Shown: positions 1 to 10,387 of the stretch, in pieces
How positions within the stretch are numbered: the stretch's first letter is position 1
Layout: the number at the start of each line of letters is the position of its first letter
Assembly: GCA_001687465.1 (NCBI GenBank)
Contig: LVLI01000206.1
Location: 1-64,000, forward strand
Reading direction: 5' to 3'
From: Halocafeteria seosinensis
Lineage: Eukaryota
Length of the DNA stretch: 64,000 nt
Notes under the pieces: generated by a model
What the model was told of the DNA's origin: nothing
The model's database searches: none
What the model saw: only the letters and a program-made list of their open reading frames with translations
Made by a program: the position numbers and the translations under genes

Positions 1-1449
1 GTCCTGTTGATGATATACGCCTGCTACCGGAGGGCTGGTAATCCCCCTGGTTTTTCACTGGAATACTACAGGGACAAATGGCTACAAGAGTTGCTAAACG
101 AGAAGGATGCCGATAAAGCGCCTTTATCTGTTAAGCCAATCATTGAACACAAGCAACTCTCCAGGGTAATCCGAAGTGCCTGGGTAGTGGGGCGGCGTGG
201 CGTATCGGTGTACTTATACGACTGTTGGCCTCCCCGCGTGCGCGAACACGCTACTTTTTTCACAAGGATGCGGGGATATTCCCCACCTAAATACACATCC
301 ATTTTAGAAGATGAGAGACGACTAAGACGTCGTAGGAAGCACTCAAGTTCGTCAGGTGAGAGAGGATGCAGACGACGTGGGAGGCATTCACGCTCTTCAG
401 ACTCTAGAACTGAAAGAACCTCAGAAGAATCTAAAAACCGAAGACGTCGTCGGAAGCATTCCAGTTCGTCAGATTCTGAACTTGAGAGAACACCGGGTTA
501 TGAAAACTCGAAAGGAAAGAGACACCGTCGGAAGCATTCCAGTTCGGCAGATTCTGAAACCGAAAGTACATCGAGATCTGAAAATTCGGATAGACGAGAT
601 CGTCGGCGGAAGCATTCATATGGAAACAATTCAACAGAAAGGTCGTCAGACTCTAGAACCGAAGGAACATTAGAATATGAGAAGGCGAAAACCACGACGA
701 CAATAAGCAATTGTGCATTTACACGGTCCGTCATGATGTTATATGTGGGGGATGTTGAAACCTTCGGTGACAATGCTCTTGTAAATAGGCTCGGAAACCT
801 CTGTATTCCTCCGAGACGAACCGATGCCGAGAACCAGAGTCATGCTAGAACGACAGTGAAGCAACTTTTCCCAAATGCGTTTCCCCATGCAATACGAACG
901 GAAGACGTCTCAGACTATTTTTCATCAGATGGTTTTCATTATGCCCTTGTTCTGGAAGGCAAAAGTTTGACGGTCCTGTTGATGATATACGCCTGCTACC
1001 GGAGGGCTGGTAATCCCCCTGGTTTTTCACTGGAATACTACAGGGACAAATGGCTACAAGAGTTGCTAAACGAGAAGGATGCCGATAAAGCGCCTTTATC
1101 TGTTAAGCCAATCATTGAACACAAGCAACTCTCCAGGGTAATCCGAAGTGCCTGGGTAGTGGGGCGGCGCGGCGTATCGGTGTACTTATACGACTGTTGG
1201 CCTCCCCGCGTGCGCGAACACGCTACTTTTTTCACAAGGATGCGGGGATATTCCCCACCTAAATACACATCCATTTTAGAAGATGAGAGACGACTAAGAC
1301 GTCGTAGGAAGCACTCAAGTTCGTCAGGTGAGAGAGGATGCAGACGACGTGGGAGGCATTCACGCTCTTCAGACTCTAGAACTGAAAGAACCTCAGAAGA
1401 ATCTAAAAACCGAAGACGTCGTCGGAAGCATTCCAGTTCGTCAGATTCT
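1..1449 (+). repeat. Direct repeat with a 972-bp period (1-477 matches 973-1449)
   Basis: Identical by eye over 477 bp except one synonymous CGT/CGC change at about 198/1170. The period equals 324 codons. Confidence 0.95.
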
Positions 1450-1743
1450 AGAGCACTGCGTTATGGAAGCTCGAAAGAAGGGAGACGCCGTCGGAAGTAT
1501 TCCCATGGAGCAAGTTTGTCAGACTCTGGAACCGAAGGAACATTGGAATATGGAAAGCAGAGAATCCGGAGGCATCGTCGGAAGCACGGGCATCGAACTA
1601 CGCATTGCAGTCGGAAGCACGCACATCGAACTAACCGTAGCAGTAGTTTTTCAGGAGAAAGTTCATCCGGTTCTGAAGCTGAGAGAGCACTCGAGTCTGA
1701 AAAGGCGAAGAGACGAAAGGGTAGAAGCAAACATAGGCGTTGA
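1..1743 (+). CDS. Orphan protein made of two in-frame tandem copies of a globular domain plus an Arg/Ser/His-rich tail; 5' end truncated by the window edge
   Basis: Continuous 578-aa ORF. The domain ...YACYRRAGNPPGFSLEYYRDKWLQ...DCWPPRVREH occurs twice, each time followed by RRRKHSSSSDS-type repeats. No family recognised. Confidence 0.55.
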   Translation, partial: VLLMIYACYRRAGNPPGFSLEYYRDKWLQELLNEKDADKAPLSVKPIIEHKQLSRVIRSAWVVGRRGVSVYLYDCWPPRVREHATFFTRMRGYSPPKYTSILEDERRLRRRRKHSSSSGERGCRRRGRHSRSSDSRTERTSEESKNRRRRRKHSSSSDSELERTPGYENSKGKRHRRKHSSSADSETESTSRSENSDRRDRRRKHSYGNNSTERSSDSRTEGTLEYEKAKTTTTISNCAFTRSVMMLYVGDVETFGDNALVNRLGNLCIPPRRTDAENQSHARTTVKQLFPNAFPHAIRTEDVSDYFSSDGFHYALVLEGKSLTVLLMIYACYRRAGNPPGFSLEYYRDKWLQELLNEKDADKAPLSVKPIIEHKQLSRVIRSAWVVGRRGVSVYLYDCWPPRVREHATFFTRMRGYSPPKYTSILEDERRLRRRRKHSSSSGERGCRRRGRHSRSSDSRTERTSEESKNRRRRRKHSSSSDSRALRYGSSKEGRRRRKYSHGASLSDSGTEGTLEYGKQRIRRHRRKHGHRTTHCSRKHAHRTNRSSSFSGESSSGSEAERALESEKAKRRKGRSKHRR

Positions 1744-1830
1744 GACAAATGAAAACGAACGATGCGAAAGACAAAGACGAGAGCTCTGGGTAACCCTTAC
1801 AAAAAGAGGCATTTTGCACAATACCCGAAG

Positions 1831-2265
1831 CGCTTTCCTTAGAAATTTGAAGACCGACTGGAAATTGCTCCGTGTTAACGATGTAGTGATGATGCAACGA
1901 CAGCTCGCTCATTGCTTCGTACGGTACCTCGGTTTCGCGAATCGCACCTGAAAACAAAACCTTATCTAGAAGCTAGAAGACACAGTGCTGGTATTAGGTA
2001 TGCATATACGGAGGAGTTGCAAGTCAAAGAGTTGAATGTGTGTGTTTGCCTAGCGACTCTATTCAGCCTAGGTATTGCATCAAATTGGAAGCAAACACCA
2101 CATGCTCCTACCTGGCAGTGATGTGGACTGTGAGACAGCAGCAAGGTGCATTGTTGGACTGTACTTATCGGCGCTCTTCGACTAAGCGGATTCGGCAGAT
2201 CTAGGAGATCGTCTGTATTATTATTGCGCTCGGGCCTCGTGGGTCACCACCTTTGCTCTGGGAGC
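1831..2265. pseudogene. Rearranged, diverged duplicate of the MTG1-like gene's 3' exons and the neighbouring gene's 3' end (source 8421-8893)
   Basis: 1831-1972 aligns directly to 8752-8893. 1998-2162 is the reverse complement of about 8571-8731. 2163-2265 is the reverse complement of about 8421-8496 with a ~30-bp insertion. Confidence 0.9.
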
Positions 2266-2272
2266 GGAAATG

Positions 2273-2273
<1 letters not shown>

Positions 2274-2315
<42 letters not shown>
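2274..2315. repeat. (TG)n microsatellite
   Basis: About 21 TG units. Confidence 0.95.
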
Positions 2316-2317
<2 letters not shown>

Positions 2318-2489
2318 GAAATGTGCTTGGAGTGCTAAGCGGTTTACCAAATGTTTACCAGGTCTTGAGACTTCGACAGAGATGATGCAGCCATCGACAG
2401 TTGAACCTCCACGCACCTATATTCCTATGGCTGTAGTGGGTACTACAAATAATGTGTCAGCTGTGCTGTAGAAGCATAAAGGATCACTG

Positions 2490-3775
2490 TTATCGAGATG
2501 GGCGAAGGAACACCGAATTTATGTACGTTCTGGAAACGATAGCTTCTTTGGGCACCACAGAGCGATGTTTGTTGGACGCAGCTAGCTTAAGGGATTTCTC
2601 TATGGGGTCAATGTGCAGAGGCCCGTTAACCTTCCTGTCGCTTGTTCCTGAAAGCTGAAGACCCCCATAAGTCTCAAGCAGCTTCACGATATCCAACGTG
2701 CTTTTCCCTGACCTGCTCCTGAGCCTTGACTCTTGCAGTTCCATGTAGACGAACTCGACGCAGCGGAGTAACCTTTTCATCCCAGCGAGCACATCATACT
2801 CTACGCCCTCAACATCGATCTTAACCACCAGTCTTGCTTTACACGACCCATCCTCACTGATAAGAGTGGAAGCCAGCGGAGAATCTGCCTTCAAAAGAAC
2901 ATCGTCCAGTACCACGGAAGCAAGCGAGAAGCTGTGTCCCGTTGATTTGCATTCACCCTTAGAAATGGATGCTGCTCCATAATGCTTGACCCACCGGAGA
3001 CATACATCGGTGCTGGCCGAGGTTGCCGGCGCCGAAATGAGGTGGAAATTCTCGGGCGACACAGCCGGAGCGTTTAGCAAGCGGCTATATCGAATACGTG
3101 GTTCAAGAAAGGGATTCGCCTCAATGCAAACAATTTTGGCTACACCAAACTGTGACGCATATAGAGAAGCCCATGCAGCATTGCACCCAACATCTATAAA
3201 AACCACGGGAACACTACTTTTCGAAGGCACAACCACGCTCGAAAATACCTCATGAACGGCATCAGTTAATTCTTCCTCATAGTTCTGTCCGTATTTCAGA
3301 ATACAAAATCGAGGTTTGTCTTCCTCGTGATTGGGTACAGCAATCATGAACGGAGGATGTGTCGTAGTCTGTGTGGCCAAAATGAGCTGTCCACTTTCGT
3401 TAGATACCCGCGAGAATGTCTCATCCTGCAACCAATAATCTTCGTTGACGCTTGCCTCTACAAACTGCTGTCAGCATTGTTCCTTCCACTACTTACGTCT
3501 CTTCGTATCCACTTCCCACAGGTACCGTCATAGTCCACAATTACATTACTTCCTTCTTTCTCTACTCCTTTGAATGAAATACATTTCCCCTTGTTCTTAG
3601 TTAGAGGCCTCTCAGGAATTGTATTTGGACAGCTAAATTTCGGGCGACTCAGAAGACCATCACTTACTCGGATCTGCCGTGATCCACTAGTAAAAGAGGA
3701 ATAGCCCCTACTGAGGAGTAGTGTGCATACTACACTAATTGCAACAATGGAGAGATAAAGCACGATGCGCTGCAT
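2490..3775 (-). CDS. FkbM-family SAM-dependent methyltransferase with an N-terminal signal anchor (2 exons; predicted intron 3458-3525)
   Basis: Motifs VFIDVGCN, CIEANP and VKIDVEGVEYDVLAG. Hydrophobic N-terminus IVLYLSIVAISVVCTLLL. A 68-nt GT..CTGAC..AG intron joins the two ORFs in frame. Confidence 0.85.
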
Positions 3776-4230
3776 GTTCCTGAAACAGGCAAGCAACGTG
3801 GAGTGGACATGGAGCGCCATCCAGGGTGCAGGGTGGGCCGGTAATGATATCAAAGAATACAAGCACCACCACTCTACTAAAGGTCAATCGCGCATCAGCT
3901 GTAACAAGTGAAGAGCCAAACTATTTTTCTATGGGAACAACCTAGTCACATTATCGAACCGCGGGCGTAACGGGAGGGATGGGGCAACTGACCAAGCAAT
4001 TCTGCAGGTTCAAGTAGCATGTCGTTGAGCGGAATATTGCGACAGAAATGATGAAATGCCAACAAGGAACGATTCCGGTATTCTGCATTTTCGAAACGCA
4101 TAACCTACTAAAATTTATTCTCTTGTGAACACTGTGTCACATCCAGCTGAATTATCTGCTATTGTCGTGTTTACAGTAAGTCCGTGAGTTCCACAATCAA
4201 TGTTCCAGCGTTCCATTATAATACACATTC

Positions 4231-5036
4231 CCCGGCCGGTGGGCTATCTGTCACATTTGTGTGTGTGTAATACACACTACCACTAGCGCTCTGCATACAG
4301 ACAGTCAGCTACTTTTAGGTGCTTCGTGTTCCTTTATTAAATCGCAAATGGGTATCAGGTAGTAGATAATATTTCCTCCGTTGTTTTGTACATGCGGGTC
4401 CACTTGGTGTGACATCACGATACATACGGTACATGTATACTTCTATGCCTGTAGTGACGTAGTAAAACAGCCTTTAAATGCGGTGGCCTACGGCACACAC
4501 ACACACACCTACGGGTGACGGAATCATGCAGCTACGTACATCTATGAGCTAAAGAGGACATTGTGACTATTTCCTTTAGTGCTTAGTAACGGGATATGAT
4601 GTTTATCGGTCGTCGATTCTCAACGGCACTACGGGCGCTGGGTAACGTCATTAGCTTCATTGTAAGTGACAGCCAACAGTGCGTTCTCTAAGGGAATACA
4701 TGTATTAAGGAGGAAGAAAGTACAAATAGAAACATTCTATAAATTGGAAGCGCGACTCTATTTACTGCGTAGATGTACACTGTACGGTAAAACGTACAGT
4801 ATAAGCTACAGTCCGATAGTGTATACGGTAAGGTGAGATCATTGTGCAGTACACACACACAAATGTGACAGATAGGAATCCCAAGAGTAACAATTTGTTC
4901 GAGGACGCAGAGAAGAAGGTACATACGATATCGCTATGAAAATTGGAATGAGGCAACCCCATTCTCCAGGATTCTCTTGTGATTTGGCACTACACATACA
5001 CAAATGTGACAGCAGTCAACTTCCCGGCCGGTGGGC
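4231..5036. mobile_element. Possible non-autonomous TIR element remnant
   Basis: Perfect 26-bp inverted repeat at 4244-4269 and 4850-4875, a third partial copy at about 4991-5012, and a 14-bp direct repeat CCCGGCCGGTGGGC at 4231 and 5023. Interior is non-coding. Confidence 0.45.
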
Positions 5037-5520
5037 AGGAATTCATTCAAAGTTCTTGCAATCGTTCCCTTGACAACCTTGTGTTGCCACTGATGCTGTA
5101 GCTAGGTGAATTTGATTTCTTACAGTAGGAGCAGTACTAACACGTACACACGCACGAAACGGTGCCAGTGCCACTTATCACCCGCCAACGTGAATTCATC
5201 GTCGTCTCAGGTGACGGTTGTGAATCTCGGATGTAGCTCACCATCACATTTCATAAATTTTCATTCTGTTACATGTGCAATGTTTGATATGGTAGTTGTG
5301 AGGACTATGGAATAAAGTATATGTCTAGTGCCTCTCCTTCTTCCCACCCGGGTTCTTGTAGAGGCCATGCAAGACCTTAATACAGAGGCTCTAGAATGGC
5401 CGGAGTGCATGGGAGGCGAGTTATTTGTCAAGTACGTGCTCAAGCTCCATTAAACGCGCAGGCTGGGCCTTTTGGTCCGCTGTCGGTGTTAATTCATGTA
5501 TTTCTAAATGCTCATATGGT

Positions 5521-8498
5521 ATGGAATACTCCAGATACTTAATGTCGACGGAAAATAAAGGGGGTAATTTCCAGCACTGTAATGATTTTTTTGAATCAGG
5601 TAAGCTGTCGTTTACCTGATGCTGTATTGCAGGAGAAGATGGGAGACATACTAGGGAGATGCATGGTTATATTATTTCACTATTGTCATGGCCATGTATG
5701 CAGATCCAACGGCATCGTTCACGGAGGAGGATGTGGAGGACTTTGAAACACTACTACAACGTCGATATGTCCTGCATGACATTTACCAATCAGCCTTGCG
5801 AGATGCATTTACGACGATAACCAGCCAATTCCGAGCAACACATGCTTCCCTCGCTACCCGAAAACGTCTTTGCAAAGCTGTGTGCACGGAACTTAAACGA
5901 AGAGCTGCGGTTGTGAAACAGAGTGTTATGGCCAATCTATTAGCCATTCAACGGCGAGAATACACCATTTACTTGCAAAGAGTGAGAATGGACGCGCAAG
6001 CCTGTCGGCAGCTAAAGCTACAGGCAAGGGAGTCTCACCGCGTCTTGCTCTTTGCAGCGCACCTCGACGCTGAAACGGAATCCGAGGTACAGCTCCATCG
6101 CCTCTCACCACCCCCGAAAGACAGCAATAGTAAATCTAACCTGACCGCGAAGAAGGAAACCCAGCAGTACCTGCGTTGCAAGCGTGCAGTACTAGATAAT
6201 GTACGAGAGTCCTTCTTCCCGCAGAAATCGCAAACGGAGTACCAGCCTGATATGCGAAAGTGTTGGCATGGACTGTCCGTTCTAGATATCTTCAGAATTT
6301 CTCATGCGAAAATGCTGAAAAGGTTCCAGGGCCTGCAACAGAAGATGCAGATAATGGAAGCTGGAAAACAACAGCCTCGTGGGCATAGGAAAGGAAACAA
6401 GCCGAAACAAGACTCCCATGCATTCAAAGACGAGCATCATGGGACCAAAGGATTATTCTGTCGAGTTTCCGCCGAGTCGATACCAAAGTTAGCGGCTTAC
6501 GGGTTTGGGCCACTCAAATTTCGGAGTGAAAATCCCGAGTCATTGTATAGTATCTCACAAAGTGTGGATCCATCCACGCAGGAGGGCGTCGACTCGCTTT
6601 TCTCAGGAGTGGCACCATTTTTCGCAACGTTACATAGAAGTAAAGCACATTCCGAAGAGAGCAAAGGCAGAAACGTGATGGGTAAATTCGCCACCGACGC
6701 AGCCTCGACGGCTAATCCTGTTTATCTTCCCACATGGTTCTCTCGGAGTAGTACACTAGAAAGCGATAGGCACTGGGTTCAAACAGGAACCGCAAAGCAT
6801 AATAATGAGGATTTCTTGTCATCCAACGCGGCAACGAGGCTATCTTCATTCCACGACAGTTCTCTTGTCGACCACCATGCTGAAGATGAGGAGGATGAAG
6901 AAGCATTGGGCTTGGGAAGTGAGATCCCTTTAGATCTCTTGGATACCGAGGCAATGCAAAAATCCTTACACAACCATTGGCCCGGGGCTAGAGACCTAGA
7001 TTTAGGATCACTCCACACTCGTTTCGCAAAAAAGAGAAACCAAAGACGAAAGGAGAACAATGCGTCAGGCTATTCCTATCAGAGCAGTAGAGATAGAACT
7101 AGAGCATCACAAGAAATCCTTCCCAATTCTTCGGAAATACAGTACTTAGCGTTGTGCAGAGTATTGCTATGCCACGTTGTCGAAGTGGACAAAGTCACAC
7201 CGGAAATTGTGGAAGAGCATTTGGATGCAGCTCTTCAGGCTGAAAAAGCATTGCTCAAAGAGGACACAAGAGGGAAAGCGTCCTCATTTCCGGGATCTGC
7301 GGGCGCTTCCTCCGCATTTGCGTGTGTGGACGCTTTGTATGATAAGTCAAGACAGGAGTATTTAATTTTGCGGCCATCATGTGTACTCCCAGAGTTCTTG
7401 ATTCAATTTACATTCTCCAGGAACGTAGCCGACTTGGACAGAGCTAGAGAAACGTTGAATGAACGCTTGCGGAAGGCAGACAAAAAATCGTTCCATGTAG
7501 TCTCTGACGAAACGCTTTCTACGCCGGTTGACCTATCTACACCAAGCGTCACTCAGCGTTTTCCCTACTGGGTGGGCACCGCGTCGGAAATAACGAAACC
7601 CAACAATACCTCTACTGAGTACAGCGGAGACAGTAGACCAATCACACCGTCTTATCAGTCTCTAATGGTTTCAAACTATAGTGCCAATTTGAATACTCTG
7701 TATCCGTCTCCTGCAGCCTCGCTGAAGCCCTCTCCCGGGGACTTCATCAAATGGGCTGCTCTCGGAGCTCAGTCTGTTAACATCTCACAAAGGGATATTG
7801 AAAATGCAAACGTCAGCCCATACCTATACTTGCATGTTCTGCGGCATATGCTAGCGCACATCCCTGGACCACTGGAGCACACGTTTTCCCAAATGCGGGG
7901 AATTTCTTTTCTGGAATTGCTGCACCGTCTTAAGTCAGAGGAGTTTGACAGCCAAGATGTGTCTTCAAACTCCCTTCGTGACACAGAAATCGCCCTTGAT
8001 TGGAGACAGCTACAGAACTACTCTTCCGAGCAGCGCATCAACCACGTCGCTGGGGCATTGAACTCCATTGAAAAGGTGCGAAAGGCTATACGAACGACAG
8101 TAAGAGCCATTGTGCATCGAAAGACTCAGCAGACGGAAAGCGTTTGGAGACGCTCATCCAATGATGGCACAGACGCTAAATCAAGTTCAATCCAAAGGCT
8201 TCGTTCATCATCGCCAACAAATAGTGGTTATGAAGAAGACGAATCTCCTGCAGCAGAAGAAGCAAGGATGCTGCGTGCTCGTATTGAGGAACTGAGGTGT
8301 GCCCTTTGGCGAGAAAAAGCCCAAACAGCAGAAATTAGGGCACAAATTAGAACAACGGCTGCATCATCTCCTTCGAAATCTCAAGATCTGGCGAACCGCC
8401 TGGCGAATCAAGTGCATGTCGGCTCCCCAAGTAAGGGTGGTCACCCACGAGGCCCTCGATCTGCCGAATCCGCTGAGTCGAAGAGCGCCGATAAGTAG
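5521..8498 (+). CDS. Large uncharacterised protein with coiled coils and a degenerate PARP/ADP-ribosyltransferase-like domain (LRRC9-like); start uncertain, two short 5' introns predicted (5600-5632, 5666-5703)
   Basis: 936-aa ORF. Motifs appear in PARP-catalytic order: IFRISHAKMLKRF, LFCRVSAESIPKLAAYGF, WFSRSS, YLALCRVLL, EYLILRPSCVLPEFLIQF. Confidence 0.6.
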
Positions 8499-8508
8499 TC
8501 TTGTGGTC

Positions 8509-9826
8509 TCAGCAGTAATTTTTTGTATCGATTTCATCCAGCGTATAACGCCCAAGTTTCCCCTCCCGAAACAGTCCAACAATGTACCTTGCTGCTGCCT
8601 CACAGTCCACATCACCACCAGGTAGGAGCATGTTGTGTCTGCTTCCAACTTGATGCAATAACTGCATTGGATAAAAGATGCTGATGAAACATTCAACTCT
8701 TTGACTAGCAACTGCTTCCGTATATGCATACTTCATATGTCTCCACCGGAACGCTTTCCTTAGAAATACCTAGTCCCGCTGGGAATTGTTTCGTCTTAAC
8801 GCTGTGGTGATGATGCAATAACAGCTCAACCATCGCATCGTACGGTACCTCGGCTTCGCGAATCGCACCTGAAAACGAAGGCTTATCTAGAAGACGCAAA
8901 ACTGACATACTGTGTAAATGTGCCTACCTGTAAGCGACAATTTCAGCCCATCTTCCACAGTCTCGATTTTCGGTTGCAGTATTCCTGGACTGTCTATGAT
9001 GAAGACTGGGGGTGAACGGGAAACCTGGAATGCTTTAAAGTGTCGTGTAAGACCAGCTTTGGCACCAGTTGTTGCTCCTGCATTGCTCGAGACGATAGGC
9101 ACTCCTTAGCGACGAACGCTATTTCTACCCTTGGTATCGTACCTTGGGTTTTGAACTGCTTGCTGGAATGTCGGAGACTATTTATGATCGTTGATTTGCC
9201 CACATTGGGTATTCCAAAGATAGCCAACACCGATCCAGCAAAGCTCTGGTACATGGGTGGCACCACTTCAGACAAAGATCTCATGAGCTGTATGACACTT
9301 CCAAATCAGCATCGACATGTATAGAGCCATATCTGCTTCCCATACGCACGTACCTGCTTCATCTGCCGCGGCGATTCAGTGGAGCAAAAATGCACCTTGG
9401 AACCCTGCTCTTCCAGTCTTTGTTTGATAATCTGCAGTCTTTCCCCACACTCACATCCTCTCTATGTGCTCCTGAAAGTGGAGTGAATAACGCACATACA
9501 GGCTGCATCTGAGGGTTAGCCAAGTCGGCCTTGTGGAAGACAACGAGATGAGGTTTATCTTTGGACCAAGTCGACCGTAACTCATGTTTTGCGCTTGTGA
9601 ATGGAATCTGCGGGTTCTTTGTCATCCATCAGTTGTGTCAAGGAGGGCCTGCTGAACATGGCAGACTTACTCGAGCATCGCGTACTTCCAAGACGCCATC
9701 GGCTTCGGCAACGAGGGCTTTGAAGTTTCCAACAGCTTTGGCCATATGCCCTGGGAACCAATTAATGTGGCCGCTGAAGAGTTTCGATTGAAACATTGTG
9801 GATGCTGTCGTCTTCATTTGATCCAT
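8509..9826 (-). CDS. MTG1: Circularly permuted ribosome-assembly GTPase, YlqF/RbgA/MTG1 family (multi-exon)
   Basis: INWFPGHMAKA, EVRDAR|IP, HKAD (G4), GIPNVGKS (G1), GLTR (G2), DSPG (G3), C-terminal FREGKLGRYTLD. Confidence 0.9.
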
Positions 9827-10387
9827 AATGAGCTCGTCATTCACAAACCACTATCTTCAGACTGTACTGAGGGTAGTTCACGTGACGTGTCGGACGCTAG
9901 TAGACATGGAATCTTTGTATTGCATCGAGCACGTATGCTATCACTTAGTAGGAGCTGCATACACATCGTGCCAATCAATGTTAGCGTTCATGCCACTCCA
10001 CACGAATTGCTTGTTGGTTTCTTCTGAATACCCCCACTAGGTAACTCTTGGTCTGTTGTTGATCCAGCATGTACTGGACGTACTCAGCACCCATAACAGA
10101 AATTTCACTAATCGACACCCATTACACGATGTACATTGCCTCACTGATATACGCTTATATTTTAGTTAGATTACAGAAGTGTGGTTATTTTGTTTGCAGG
10201 CGCAATCTAGCTTGGTCTGCTGCTTAAAACCGTCTACGTGTACTCCTAATGTGAATAATACCACGAACTCGAGATAGATTTTTCTCCTTAGACAAGTTAG
10301 ACTTGATGTGTATAAAGTGGGTTCGACGATATTATTTCACTACGGGTAATAGGATTCCATTCGTAGCCGGCAGAACAAGCCACAAAG

